This document shows, piece by piece, positions 13,101-25,791 of a stretch of 64,000 nt of DNA (position 1 is the first letter of the stretch; each line of letters begins with the position of its first letter). The position numbers and the translations under genes are program-made. Below the pieces are notes generated by a model, which had not been told where the DNA came from, did not search any database, and saw nothing but the letters and a program-made list of their open reading frames with translations. The stretch comes from Nitrospirales bacterium (GTDB lineage: Bacteria > Nitrospirota > Nitrospiria > Nitrospirales > UBA8639): positions 160,001 to 224,000 of the forward strand of contig CBDBCZ010000018.1 of the NCBI GenBank assembly GCA_965203295.1, written 5' to 3'.

Positions 13101-16100
13101 CCGAACCGCCTGTTTGGTTACCACACAGCCGAGTTCGCTGACCAAACGACATTTTCAGTGACCACACAGGGCTGTTCGCTGACCGAACAGAATGGTCGGT
13201 GACCGCACAAGGCTGTTCGCTGAACGAACCTCCAGTTTGGTTACTGCACAGGATTGTTCGCTGACCGAACAGCCTGTTTGATTACCGCACAGCCCAGTTG
13301 GCTGACCGAACCACGTGTTCGGTGACCGCACAGCCCTGTTCGCTGACCAAACCGCCTGATTGGTTACCGCACAGGGCTGTTCGCTGACCTAACAGCCTGT
13401 TCGGTGACCACACAGGGTTGTTCGCTGATCGAACAGCTTGTTCGGTGACCACACAAGGCTGGTCTATGAACGAATCGCCAGTTTGCTAACTGCACAGTTC
13501 GCTGACCAAACCACATCTTCAGTGAAAACACAGGGCTGTTCGCTGATCGAACAGAATGCTCGGTGACCGCACAAGGCTGTTCGCTGAACGAACCTCCAGT
13601 TTGGTTACTGCACAGGATTGTTTGCTGACCGAACAGCCTGTTTGGTTACCGCACAGCCCAGTTCGCTGATCGAACCACGTGTTCGGTGACCGCACAGCCC
13701 TGTTCGCTGACCAGACCGCCTGTTTGGTTACCGCACAGGGCTGTTCGCTGACCGAACAGCCTGTTCAGTGACCGCACAGCCCAGTTCGTTGACCAAACCG
13801 CCTGTTTGGTTACCGCACAGGGCTGTTCGCTGACCAAACAGCCTGTTCGGTGACTGCACAGGGTTGTTCGCTGACCGAACCGCCTGTTTGGTTACCACAC
13901 AGCCCTGTTCGCTGACTGAATGCCTGTTCGCTGATCGAACAGCCTGTTCGGTGACCACACAAGGCTTCTTGCTGAACAAATTGCCAGTTTACTAACTGCA
14001 CAGGGCTATTCGCTGACCGAACAACCTGTTTGGTTACCGCACTGCCCAGTTCGCTGACTGAATCACGTGTTCGGTGACCACACAGCCCTGTTCGCTTACC
14101 GAACCGCCTGTTTGGTTATCGCACATGGCAGTTCGCTGAGTGAACAGACTGTTCGGTGACCGCACAGGGCTGTTCGCTGACCGAACAGCCTCTTCGGCGA
14201 CCGCACAGGGTTGTTTGCTGACCAAACCGCCTGTTTGGTTACCGCACAGGGCTGTTCGCTGACCGAACAGCCTGTTCAGTGACCGCACAGCCCAGTTCGC
14301 TGACCAAACCGCCTATTTGGTTACCGCACAGGGCTGTTCGCTGACCAAACAGCCTGTTCGGTGACCACACAGGGTTGTTCGCTGACTGAACCGCCTGTTT
14401 GGTTACCGCACAGCCCTGTTCACAGACTGAACTGCCTGTTCTGTGACCGCAACTGGCTGTTCGCTGAACGAACCGCCGGTTTGGTGACCGCACAGGGTTG
14501 TTCGGTGACCGCACAGGATATTTCGCTGACAGAACAACCTGTTTGGTTACCCCACAGGGCTGTTCGCTAACCGAACAGCCTGTTTGGCGACCGCACAAGG
14601 CTGTTTGCTGACCGAACCACAAGCTTGGTTAGTGCACAGGGCTTATAGCTGACCGAACAGCCTGTTTGGTTACCGCACAGCCCAGTTCGCTGACCAAACT
14701 ACGTGTTCGGTGACAGCACAGGGATGTTCGCTGAACGAACCTCCAGTTCGGTGACCACACAGGGTTGTTCGCTGATCGAACCGCCTGTTCGGTGACCGCA
14801 CAGGGTTGTTTGCTGATCGAACCGCCTGTTTGGTTACCGCACAGCCCTGTTCGCTGACCAAACCACGTGTTCGGTGACCACACAGGGCTGTTCGCTGACC
14901 AAACAGCATGCTCAGTGACCGCACAAGTCTATTCACAGAACGAACCGCCTTTTTGGTTACCGCACAACACTGTTCGCTGACCAAACTACATTTTTGGTGA
15001 CTGCACAGGGCTGTTCGCTGACCGAACAGCCTGTTCGGTGACCGCACAGGGTTGTTCGCTGACCGAACCTCCTGTTTGGTTACCGCACAGGGCTCTTCGC
15101 TGACCGAACAGCCTGTTCGGTGACCGCACAGAGTGGTTCGCTGACCGAACCGCCTGTTTGGTTACCACACAGCCCTGTTCGCTGACCAAATCACGTGTTC
15201 GGTGACCGCACAGCCCTGTTCGCTGACCAAACCGCCTGTTTGGTTACCGCACAGGGCTGTTCGCTGATCAAACAGCCTGTTCGGTGACAACACAGGGTTG
15301 TTCGCTGACTGAACCGCCTGTTTGTTTACCGCACAGCCCTGTTCGCTGGCTGAACAGACTGTTCGGTTACCGCACATGGCTGTTCGCTGACCGAACAGCC
15401 GGTTCGGTGACCGCATAGGGTTGTTCGGTGACCGCACTGGATATTTCGCTGACAGAACTGCCTGTTTGATTACCGCACAGGGCTGTTCGCTGACCGAACA
15501 GCCCGTTCGGTGATCGCACAAGGCTGTTCGCTGACTGAACCGCCAGCTTGGTTACTGCACATGGCTTTTCGCTGACCGAACAGCCTGTTTGGTTACCGCA
15601 TAGCCCTGTTCGCTGATCAAACTACGTGTTCGGTGACCGCACAGGGCTGTTCGCTGATCGAACAGCCTGTTCGGTGACCGCACAAGGCTGTTCTATGAAC
15701 GAATTGCCAGTTTGCTAACTGCACAGTTCGCTGACCAAACCACATCTTCAGTGAAAACACAGCGCTGTTCGCTGACCGAACAGAATGCTCGGTGACCGCA
15801 CAAGGCTGTTCGCTGAACGAACCTCCAGTTTGGTTACTGCACAGGATTGTTTGCTGACCGAACAGCCTGTTTGGTTACCGCACAGCCCAGTTCGCTGATC
15901 GAACCACGTGTTCGGTGACCGCACAGCCCTGTTCGCTGACCAAACCGCCTGTTTGGTTACCGCACAGGGCTGTTCGCTGACCGAACAGCCTGTTCAGTGA
16001 CCGCACAGCCCAGTTCGCTGACCAAACCGCCTGTTTGGTTACCGCACAGGGCTGTTCGCTGACCAAACAGCCTGTTCGGTGACTGCACAGGGTTGTTCGC

Positions 16101-19100
16101 TGACCGAACCGCCTGTTTTGTTACCACACAGCCCTGTTCGGTGACCACACAAGGCTTCTTGCTGAACAAATTGCCAGTTTACTAACTGCACAGGGCTATT
16201 CGCTGACCGAACAACCTGTTTGGTTACCGCACTGCCCAGTTCGCTGACTGAATCACGTGTTCGGTGACCACACAGCCCTGTTCGCTTACCGAACCGCCTG
16301 ATTGGTTATCGCACATGGCAGTTCGCTGAGTGAACAGCCTGTTCGGTGACCGCACAGGGCTGTTCGCTGACCAAACAGCCTGTTCGGTGACCGCACAGGG
16401 TTGTTCGCTGACCGAACCGCCAGTTCCATGACCGCACAGGATTGTTCGCTGACCGAACCGCCTGTTCAATTACCGCACTGGGCTGTTCGCTGACCGAACC
16501 GCCTGTTCGGTGACCGCACAGGGTTGTTCGCTGACTGAACCGCCTGTTCGGTGACCGCACAGGGCTGTTGGCTGACCGAACAGCCTGTTCTGTGACGGCA
16601 GAAGGCTGTTCGCTTAAGGAGCCGCCAGTTTGGTTACTGCACAAGGTTGTTCGCTGACCGAACAGCCTGTTTGGTTACCGCACAGCCCAGTTCGCTGACC
16701 GAACCACGTGTTCGGTGACCGCACAGCCCTGTTCGCTGACCAAACCGCCTGTCTAGTTACCGCACAGGGCTGTTCTCTGACTGAACAGTCTGTTCGGTGA
16801 TCGCACAGGGTTGTTTGCTGACCGAACCCCGTTTGGTTACCGCACAGCCCTGTTCGCTGACCAAACTACGTATTCAATGACCGCACAGGGATGTTCGCTG
16901 ATCGAACAGCTTGTTCGGTGACCGCACAAGGCTGTTCGCTGAACAAATCGCCAGTTTGCTAACTGCACAGGGCTGTTCGCTGACCGAACAGCCTGTTAGG
17001 TTACCGCACAACCCAGTTCGCTGACCGTGTTCGGTGACTACACAGCCCTGTTTGCTGACCGAACCGCCTGTTTGGTAACCGCACAGGGCAGTTCACTGAG
17101 CGAACAGCCTGTTCAGTGACCGCACAGGGTTGTTCGCAGACCAAACCGCCTGTTTGGTTACTGCACAGCCGTTCTCTGACCAAACCACGTGTTTGGTGAC
17201 CGCACAGGGCTGTTTGCTGATCGAACAGCCTGTTCAGTGACCGCACAAGGCTGTTTACTGAACGAATCGCCAGTTCGGTGACCACACAGGGTTGTTCGCT
17301 GACCGAACCGCCTGTTCGGTGACCGCACAGGGTTGTTCGCAGACCAAACCCCCGTTTTGGTTACTGCACAGCCGTTCTCTGACCAAACCACGTGTTTGGT
17401 GACCGCACAGGGCTGTTTGCTGATCGAACAGCCTGTTCAGTGACCGCACAAGGCTGTTTACTGAACGAATCGCCAGTTCGGTGACCACACAGGGTTGTTC
17501 GCTGACCGAACCGCCTGTTCGGTGACCGCACAGGGTTGTTCGCCGACCGAACCGCCTGTTCGGTTACCACACAGGGCTGTTCACTGATTGAACCGCCTGT
17601 TCGGTGTCCGCACAGGGTTGTTCGCTGACTGAACCGCCTGTTTGGTGACCGCACAGGGCTGTTCGCTGACCGAACAGCCTGTTCGGTGACCGCACAGGGT
17701 TGTTCGCTGACAGGGTTGTTCGCTGACTGAACCGCCTGTTCGGTGACCGCACAGGGCTGTTGGCTGACCGAACAGCCTGTTCTGTGACGGCAGAAGGCTG
17801 TTCGCTTAAGGAGCCGCCAGTTTGGTTACTGCACAAGGTTGTTCGCTGACCGAACAGCCTGTTTGGTTACCGCACAGCCCAGTTCGCTGACCGAACCACG
17901 TGTTCGGTGACCGCACAGCCCTGTTCGCTGACCAAACCGCCTGTCTAGTTACCGCACAGGGCTGTTCTCTGACTGAACAGTCTGTTCGGTGATCGCACAG
18001 GGTTGTTTGCTGACCGAACCCCGTTTGGTTACCGCACAGCCCTGTTCGCTGACCAAACTACGTATTCAATGACCGCACAGGGATGTTCGCTGATCGAACA
18101 GCTTGTTCGGTGACCGCACAAGGCTGTTCGCTGAACAAATCGCCAGTTTGCTAACTGCACAGGGCTGTTCGCTGACCGAACAGCCTGTTAGGTTACCGCA
18201 CAACCCAGTTCGCTGACCGTGTTCGGTGACTACACAGCCCTGTTTGCTGACCGAACCGCCTGTTTGGTAACCGCACAGGGCAGTTCACTGAGCGAACAGC
18301 CTGTTCAGTGACCGCACAGGGTTGTTCGCAGACCAAACCGCCTGTTTGGTTACTGCACAGCCGTTCTCTGACCAAACCACGTGTTTGGTGACCGCACAGG
18401 GCTGTTTGCTGATCGAACAGCCTGTTCAGTGACCGCACAAGGCTGTTTACTGAACGAATCGCCAGTTCGGTGACCACACAGGGTTGTTCGCTGACCGAAC
18501 CGCCTGTTCGGTGACCGCACAGGGTTGTTCGCAGACCAAACCCCCGTTTTGGTTACTGCACAGCCGTTCTCTGACCAAACCACGTGTTTGGTGACCGCAC
18601 AGGGCTGTTTGCTGATCGAACAGCCTGTTCAGTGACCGCACAAGGCTGTTTACTGAACGAATCGCCAGTTCGGTGACCACACAGGGTTGTTCGCTGACCG
18701 AACCGCCTGTTCGGTGACCGCACAGGGTTGTTCGCCGACCGAACCGCCTGTTCGGTTACCACACAGGGCTGTTCACTGATTGAACCGCCTGTTCGGTGTC
18801 CGCACAGGGTTGTTCGCTGACTGAACCGCCTGTTTGGTGACCGCACAGGGCTGTTCGCTGACCGAACAGCCTGTTCGGTGACCGCACAGGGTTGTTCGCT
18901 GACCGAACCGCCTGTTTGGTTACCGCACAGCCATGTTCGCTGCCTGAACAACCTGTTCAGGGACCGCACATGGCTGTTCGCTGACCGAACCGTCGGTTCG
19001 GTGACCGCACAGGATATTTCGCTGACTAAACTGCCTGTTTGGTTACCGCACAGGGCTGTTCGCTGACAGAACAGCCTGTTCGGCGATCGCACAAGGCTGT

Positions 19101-20637
19101 TCGCTGACCGAACCGCCAGCTTGGTTACTGCACAGGGCTTTTCGCTGACCGAACACCATTTGGTTATCGCACAGCCCTGTTCGCTGACCAAACTACGTGT
19201 TCGGTGACCGCACAGGGCTGTTCGCTGATCGAACAGCCTGTTCGGTGACCGCACAAGGCTGTTCGCTGAACAAATCGCCAGTTTGCTAACTGCACAGGGC
19301 TGCTCGCTGACCGAACAGCCTGTTTGGTTACTGCACAGCCCAGTTCGCTGACCGAACCACGTGTTCGGTGACCACACAGCCCTGTTCGCTGACCGAACCG
19401 CCGGTTTGGTTACCGCACAGGGCAGTTCGCTGAGCGAACAGCCTGTTTGGTGACCGCACAGGGTTGTTTGCTGACCAAACCGCCTGTTTGGTTACCGCAC
19501 AGCCCTGTTCTCTGACCAAACCACGTGTTTGGTAACCGCACAGGGCTGTTCGCTGACAGAACAGCCATTTCGGTGACTGCACAGGCTTGTTCGCTGACCG
19601 AACCGCCTGTTTGGTTACCGCATAGCCCTGTTCGCTGACCAAACTACGTGTTCGGTGACCGCACAGGGCTGTTCGCTGATCGAACAGCCTGTTCGGTGAC
19701 CGCACAAGGCTGTTCGCTGAACAAATCGCCAGTTTGCTAACTGCACAGGGCTGCTCGCTGACCGAACAGCCTGTTTGGTTACTGCACAGCCCAGTTCGCT
19801 GACCGAACCACGTGTTCGGTGACCACACAGCCCTGTTCGCTGACCGAACCGCCGGTTTGGTTACCGCACAGGGCAGTTCGCTGAGCGAACAGCCTGTTTG
19901 GTGACCGCACAGGGTTGTTTGCTGACCAAACCGCCTGTTTGGTTACCGCACAGCCCTGTTCTCTGACCAAACCACGTGTTTGGTAACCGCACAGGGCTGT
20001 TCGCTGACAGAACAGCCATTTCGGTGACTGCACAGGCTTGTTCGCTGACCGAACCGCCTGTTTGGTTACCGCATAGCCCTGTTCGCTGACCAAACTACGT
20101 GTTCGGTGACCGCACAGGGGTGTTCGCTGATCAAACAGCCTGTTCGGTGACCGCACAAGGCTGTTCGCTGAACAAATCGCCAGTTTGCTAACTGCACAGG
20201 GCTGTTCGCTGACCGAACAGCCTGTTTGGTTACCGCACAGCCTAGTTCGCTGACCGAACCACGTGTTCGGTGACCACACAGCCCTGTTCAATGACCGAAC
20301 CGCCAGTTTGGTTACCGCACAGGGCAGTTCGCTGAGCGAACAGCCTGTTCGGTGACCGCACAGGGTTGTTCGCTGAACAAACTGCCTGTTTGGTTACCGC
20401 ACAGCCCTGTTCTCTGACCAAACCACATGTTTGGTGATCACACAGGGCTGTTTGCTGACCGAACAGCCATTTCGGTGACTGCACAGGCTTGTTCACTGAC
20501 CGAACCGCCTGTTTGGTTACCGCACAGGGCTGTTCACTGACCGAACAGCCTGTTCGGTTACCGCACAGGGTTGTTCGCTGACCGAACAGCCTGTTCGGTG
20601 ACCGTACATGGCTGTTCGCTGACCGAACCGCCTGTTT
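10141..20637. repeat. 41-bp tandem satellite (~255 monomers) with higher-order repeats
   Basis: Consensus GCTGTTCGCTGACCGAACAGCCTGTTCGGTGACCGCACAGG. Variant blocks recur at 943 bp (23-mer), 451 bp (11-mer) and 1192 bp (~29-mer). Confidence 0.98.
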
Positions 20638-21117
20638 AGTATGTATTTTGACTCTTCTGGTGTAGAAACAGATGGTTGTAAGTGTGGAAATGGATGGCCA
20701 CCAAATACAAAGGTTAGTCGGTGAGTAGATTCTGATAATCAAAGGTGAAATAAAAATGGTCAGTCTAAGCAGGGTGGAAGTAAATAGTGGTGTTAGTTTG
20801 GGACTATAGGGGAACATTCTTGAAAGACTCAGCTGACTCATCCACACTCAACTTTATCAAACTGTGCGTATCAGTGTGATAAACCAAACAATTTGCGTAG
20901 TGGTCACTGAAGACAATTTGAAGTGAGCATTGAGTAAAATTTAATAGTGATGTGTAAATCAGAAGGAATGAAATTATGATTAGGTTAAACTGCATGAGCA
21001 GAAATAGGGTGACAAGATGTGCGAATGTGGGCTTATGGGTTAAGACTTGAAGACACGTGCTTCCATAATAACAGTAGGTGGGTAGATATGGGGCTTAGTG
21101 TAAAAGTGTGTGTACTT

Positions 21118-22560
21118 ATTTCTTCATCAATTGCCTGACTTTATCTTAACCCTTTGAACGCGGCGAGCGTATATATACGCTCACCATAATAAGTGCTACG
21201 GGTCAGACCCTTCCAATTTTATGGCACGCATGACACTTTAGGGGGATAACCCTACGGTCTTTAGCAATCGATCTAAAGCTCCACCCCCGCCACAAGTCGT
21301 TCAAGCGTTCACTTGACGCTTAGTTGTGTAGCACAGTGCGCGGCAAAGGCGCGGGTAGCATGTACAAGGCTTTTGAAGCCAAAAACGCCGAGTATGCCTG
21401 CAATCAGAGCGCTAGGCCTTAAGTACAGATCCAGCACTTAGTAACAGAACCGGCAAGAAGTAAAAGAAGCGACTCACCACTGTAGTTGAGGGGACAGACA
21501 CAAAAATGGCGACTACCAAGGTTAGCGTTAGTGCTGCCGTTTATATTCGCTCTTCTACAATAGTAGGGACTTTAGTACACCAGCTACACACTAAACAACG
21601 ATAGTTTTACACTTTCTGGCTTCCAGTGTTGCCGTTCAGCACGGAAAATAGCCTACAACTCTACAAAACTGCGAGCACATGCACCGTAGACAAAAATTAA
21701 ATTGGCTTCCGCGTGACGCGGAAGTTATGAATAATCAAGTACCGCACTCAAAGGGTTAAATGTGCTTGGGGGTGTGGTGAAGTGGATGTTTTTTGAGAAA
21801 TTTCTTGCATTCCACTGATGTTAGGGTCAGGTAGCTCTTCAGATTATCGCGGAAGTACTTTTTCATTGCTGCTACTCTTTCTCATCCTATGGGTTCACTT
21901 TATGCAGAGATCTTTTGGCCGACTTCTTCGCTGGCTCTACACTCGCATCTGAACTCCCGCAATTTTTGTCCAAAAGAAGCTTTCTTCGGATCTTGTGTGC
22001 CTCTGCTGGTCTCTTAGCACTTCGAAGTTTCTCGTAGTGCTTAGTGTGCACTGTCTTCGAGTGTGACATCTGCACCGTTACGAGATGCCGGGTTGCATCA
22101 TCGCACTGTAGAGCAGTTTCAGTGGCCCCCAACTTTCAAAGCTGAGTGCAGGTTGGCGTCTCAAAATTGTACTTGTTTCCCAGCCACAGAATTAATCGAT
22201 TGAGTTGTGTGATGGGCTTACCATTCAGGCCCACAAACAGATTGTCAGTCTTTGGGTTGCACAAAGGACGAATAAGTTCTACATACTGGTGCAGGAGAGT
22301 TTTGTCCTTTTTGGATAGCGTAATGCTGGCAGGGCCCTGCCTGGCTGTTTTATGCTGGGCAACCAGCATCACCCAGCAGTTCTCACAGGTCTCCTCATCA
22401 ATGTCTCGTCAAAGATTCATTTTCGTCCATGTTGGCATTGACAATCGCCCGTAGTCTCTGCCATGTCAGGTAAGCCAGCTTGGTTACTACTGCAGCCAGA
22501 GCCAGCTTTCTTTCTGATTTCCTAGGGTGACCAATGGCCGCCTTGGTCATCACATCGCTC
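21118..22560 (-). pseudogene. Crypton-like tyrosine recombinase pseudogene
   Basis: Motifs in order: LAYLTWQR (R), VAQHKT (K), YVELIRP...LFVGLNG, TCTQL*K (R codon to TGA), QMSHSKTVHTKHY (H,Y). C-terminus KHI*DKVRQLMKK is split by a MITE. Frameshifts. Open sequence extends to ~22860. Confidence 0.8.
21150..21755. mobile_element. piggyBac-type MITE family 3, copy a (606 bp)
   Basis: TTAA at 21146-21149 and 21756-21759. TIR CCCTTTGAACGCGG / CCGCACTCAAAGGG. Homologous to 34141 and 42654. Confidence 0.95.
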
Positions 22561-23298
22561 ACGTCCGTGGCGGTGCTTTTCTTTGAAATGAGTCGATAGC
22601 CACGCCTGTGGCTCGGCCCTGCATCCGGCCACGGGGCACCATTTTCTAAGTTGACAATCTTTACTTCTTGACGTGCCTTTTCGTCTTGCCTTTGAGGGGT
22701 GTAAGGATACTTTTTACCTTTGGGATCTCTTGTTGCTGGAACATCAGAGTCCGAGTTGTCTGAGTCTTCATTGGTGGCCCTCTTGTGGCGACAGGTTGAT
22801 GTAGCCAAAACCGCCTCTGAGCTGGATCCAGATTCTTCTCCAGACCCACCAACAACATCAACATCCGGGACTAGAGATAGAGGAGTGGCTATGGTTTTTG
22901 TACAGAATGTAAGATGACTAGTGTTCAGTCTTTACCTAAAATGGATGCTTTGTACCTGCTCTTGTTACAGTTTGCTAATTTCGTGTTCGACAACTATTTA
23001 GCACAACCTAGCAGTAAACAAAGTGGTGGTTAACTGGATACCAATTGTAAGTCAGCTATATTATGGTTATTGGTGGCCTGGTTACAACTTTGTCAAACTC
23101 CAGCTCTACTAGATCTTTAGCAGTTAGGCTATTCAGCCGGTGCTTACTTGGGCTATAGCTTCCGGGCGGGTACCGCTTCAACAGCTGCAGCTATCAGCAT
23201 TGTTCATTAATTAATAATTATCTCGTACAATCCTAAAGTGGGTCAATCTGACCCATTTCCATTAAAATTAAGAGTCAACCTGACTCATTTCTACTAGT

Positions 23299-24055
23299 TT
23301 GTTTAATTACGTGATGGCAAAAGTTACTCATGTACAGCCTTACGCCCTAACTAAATTGTATTTCCCGCCAAATTCCCAGTTTGGTGATTCCCCAAATTGG
23401 AAGAGCATGCGCAGTTGTACACGTGCCTCGTGCCTCATGCTGATGATATGGCTGTGCGTACTGAGAAACTGCTATTGTGTATCCTGCTGCTGGTTGTCCT
23501 TATCGCTAGTTCTAGAATGGAGACTGCCTCAGTCAATGTCTAAGGTATCTTTGTCTACTAAAGTAGACTGGTGTGAATTATCTGAGCAGGAGTGCGTTGA
23601 CAGTGATTTTGAGTACGTCGCAAGTACGAGCGAGGCAGCATCTTCTGGCAATGAAGATGATGCTGAAAAGCTAGAAGCCCTTTTTGGAGCTGTTTATTCC
23701 TCGTCCGGATCCCTTGTAAAAATCCTTGACCCAGCTGAGCAACACTCGCTCCCACTATTTGATAAAGATTTCGCCCCAGAAGAGGATCTAGAAGCATGTA
23801 CGCCTCTTTTGCATTCTCCCATTGCATGTACTCTGTAATATCTCACCTTCCCTTTACCATAGATGCCTTCACCCACTCCCTTATTTTTCTCATAGTGCTT
23901 TACAGTTTGCATTCATACATGTATTTTCACTATACCTTTCTACAGAAGATGACAGTAGTGTATTCTCAGATTTGTGTTCTGGGAGTAAATGTGGTACAGA
24001 CAGCCAGGACATCGACACCAGTTCAGAAGACGACCACCTAAAAGAAAAAGTATAA
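23299..24055 (+). other. Acidic, possibly two-exon ORF of unknown function
   Basis: MSKVSLSTKVDW...EEDLEA followed by gt, and a downstream tacag/EDDSSVFSDL...KEKV* segment. No family recognised. Confidence 0.3.
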
Positions 24056-24260
24056 CAAGTGAACCTTTACAAAGATATTGATCAATACATGACGGTTTTC
24101 TTGTTTTTGTTGTGTTTTCAGAACTTGAGGCTGCCTTAACTGTTGTACTGAGGTATTGCAAATTTAATAATCAGTTTATGCGGCGCCTTAATATCATTAT
24201 TCATAGTCACTAAAAAACTGTGATCGCAGCCCTAGTAAAGATTTTGGATCCATGCCTTAA

Positions 24261-24897
24261 CTCATTGCACGCCGTAATTACGTCACGCGCGTGATGCTCT
24301 ACACTATAATTTCTACAACAATGGCGTACTAAAAGTTTTAGCTCAGTGTTTGGCTATTTTTATGCTTACCAAGTCAAGTATCCAGCGAATTCTGCGTTGT
24401 ACTTGTTAGAAGACTATTGGCTACAGCCATTGAAGGCAAAAAGGGTGGCGGATTGGATCCAAGAAGGGCTTCAGGGGCGATAACCGGATACATGGTAAGT
24501 TCGATACGAAACTGTTGTCTTCACGCTCAGGCGGCAAAGAACGATGCTCCTACTGAAGCCCCCGACTCTCCCCTGAACCAGTTACCATCGTATCTGCCAG
24601 TGAACTTGACTACAGAGACCAACTAACTGCGTAGAAATGTAGGTAGCCATATAGCTAGTCGCCTTGATCGGTTGTATATTTGCCGTATGTATCCGTTCTA
24701 TTACAGATTAGATCAACTTTCGGCACACTTACATCATTATTAGTAATCACTCTATTCAATTTTATGGCTAATAAAGGAAGCGGTTGCCCCTCCTGGCCAT
24801 ACAGTTAACTTGCCGTTTCTAAAGCCACTATAGTGGCGTGTGGCGTAGCGGAAGGATTACGTAATATCCACTTAAGTGGCGTACGGCGTGCAATGAG
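24261..24897. mobile_element. piggyBac-type MITE family 4, copy a (637 bp)
   Basis: TTAA on both sides. Perfect 16-bp TIR CTCATTGCACGCCGTA. Homologous to 44236-44880. Confidence 0.95.
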
Positions 24898-25791
24898 TTA
24901 ACTGGCCTGTGTGTGCAAAACACACTGCTGGATTGAAGTGTTATCATGTTTTTGGAGTATGTTTTGTCAGCACCTGTGCACTTCCTGCAGAGAACCACAA
25001 AAAATGCAATGTTGATATAATCAGCCCATGCAGTTTGTGATGGCTAAGTGGCTTATTCATATTTCAAGCATCAAAGAGTATGACATAGTCAGAATCTTAT
25101 TTTGATCAGCTTGGTCTCATGCACATAATATTAGTGTAATGCACTCATAACCTTTTCAATAGAAGAGCTTCCTTCTTCCAAGTCATACTAGCTGTTTCTG
25201 CAGCTTTTCTCTTTGTGTTCCTGCTGGAGCTTTTCATCTAGCCTGAATAAGTGTGCTTGATGGTTGAAACGGCGTTTCTTGGTACGATACATAACTTTGC
25301 TTGGCACTGAATCTGCAAGAGTAAAAGACGTTAAAGTGCCAAGCTGTTCTTGAGGCCAATACTGCGTGATATAAGCTATATACTCATCCCAAGTACGCAT
25401 ACGAGGTCATGACTGCATGCATGCATGGACTGGGGGTGAATTAATTAAAAACATGTAAAAGCACATCACCAAGCTTGTTGTCATATATGTGGCTTAGCTA
25501 GCTGTAAAATTATACAAAGCAAGTACCCCAAGTGCATGCTTGGTAGATTTGTACACATCTTCCTTACCGGTATCCATGATGATCGTTTAAAGATGGTGGC
25601 TCAGATCGTCTCTGTTAACTCATTACAGAAGTTCGCGCTCGCGAGAAATGCTGCGGCGGCGCATATACAACCAATGGGGTTGCGCCCTTCAAAAAAAGGC
25701 GCAACACGCGATTGCGGTCTCCAGTGCCTTCACAATTAGCTATAGCTTCTTCACCCTGGAGTATCCGATTCTGTTGCAATATTAAATAGTC

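Noticed and set aside
10141..20637. CRISPR array or coding repeat (many ORFs, palindromic units)
   Set aside because: Monomers are contiguous with no unique spacers, there are no cas genes, and the 41-bp period cycles through frames, so the ORFs are artefacts.
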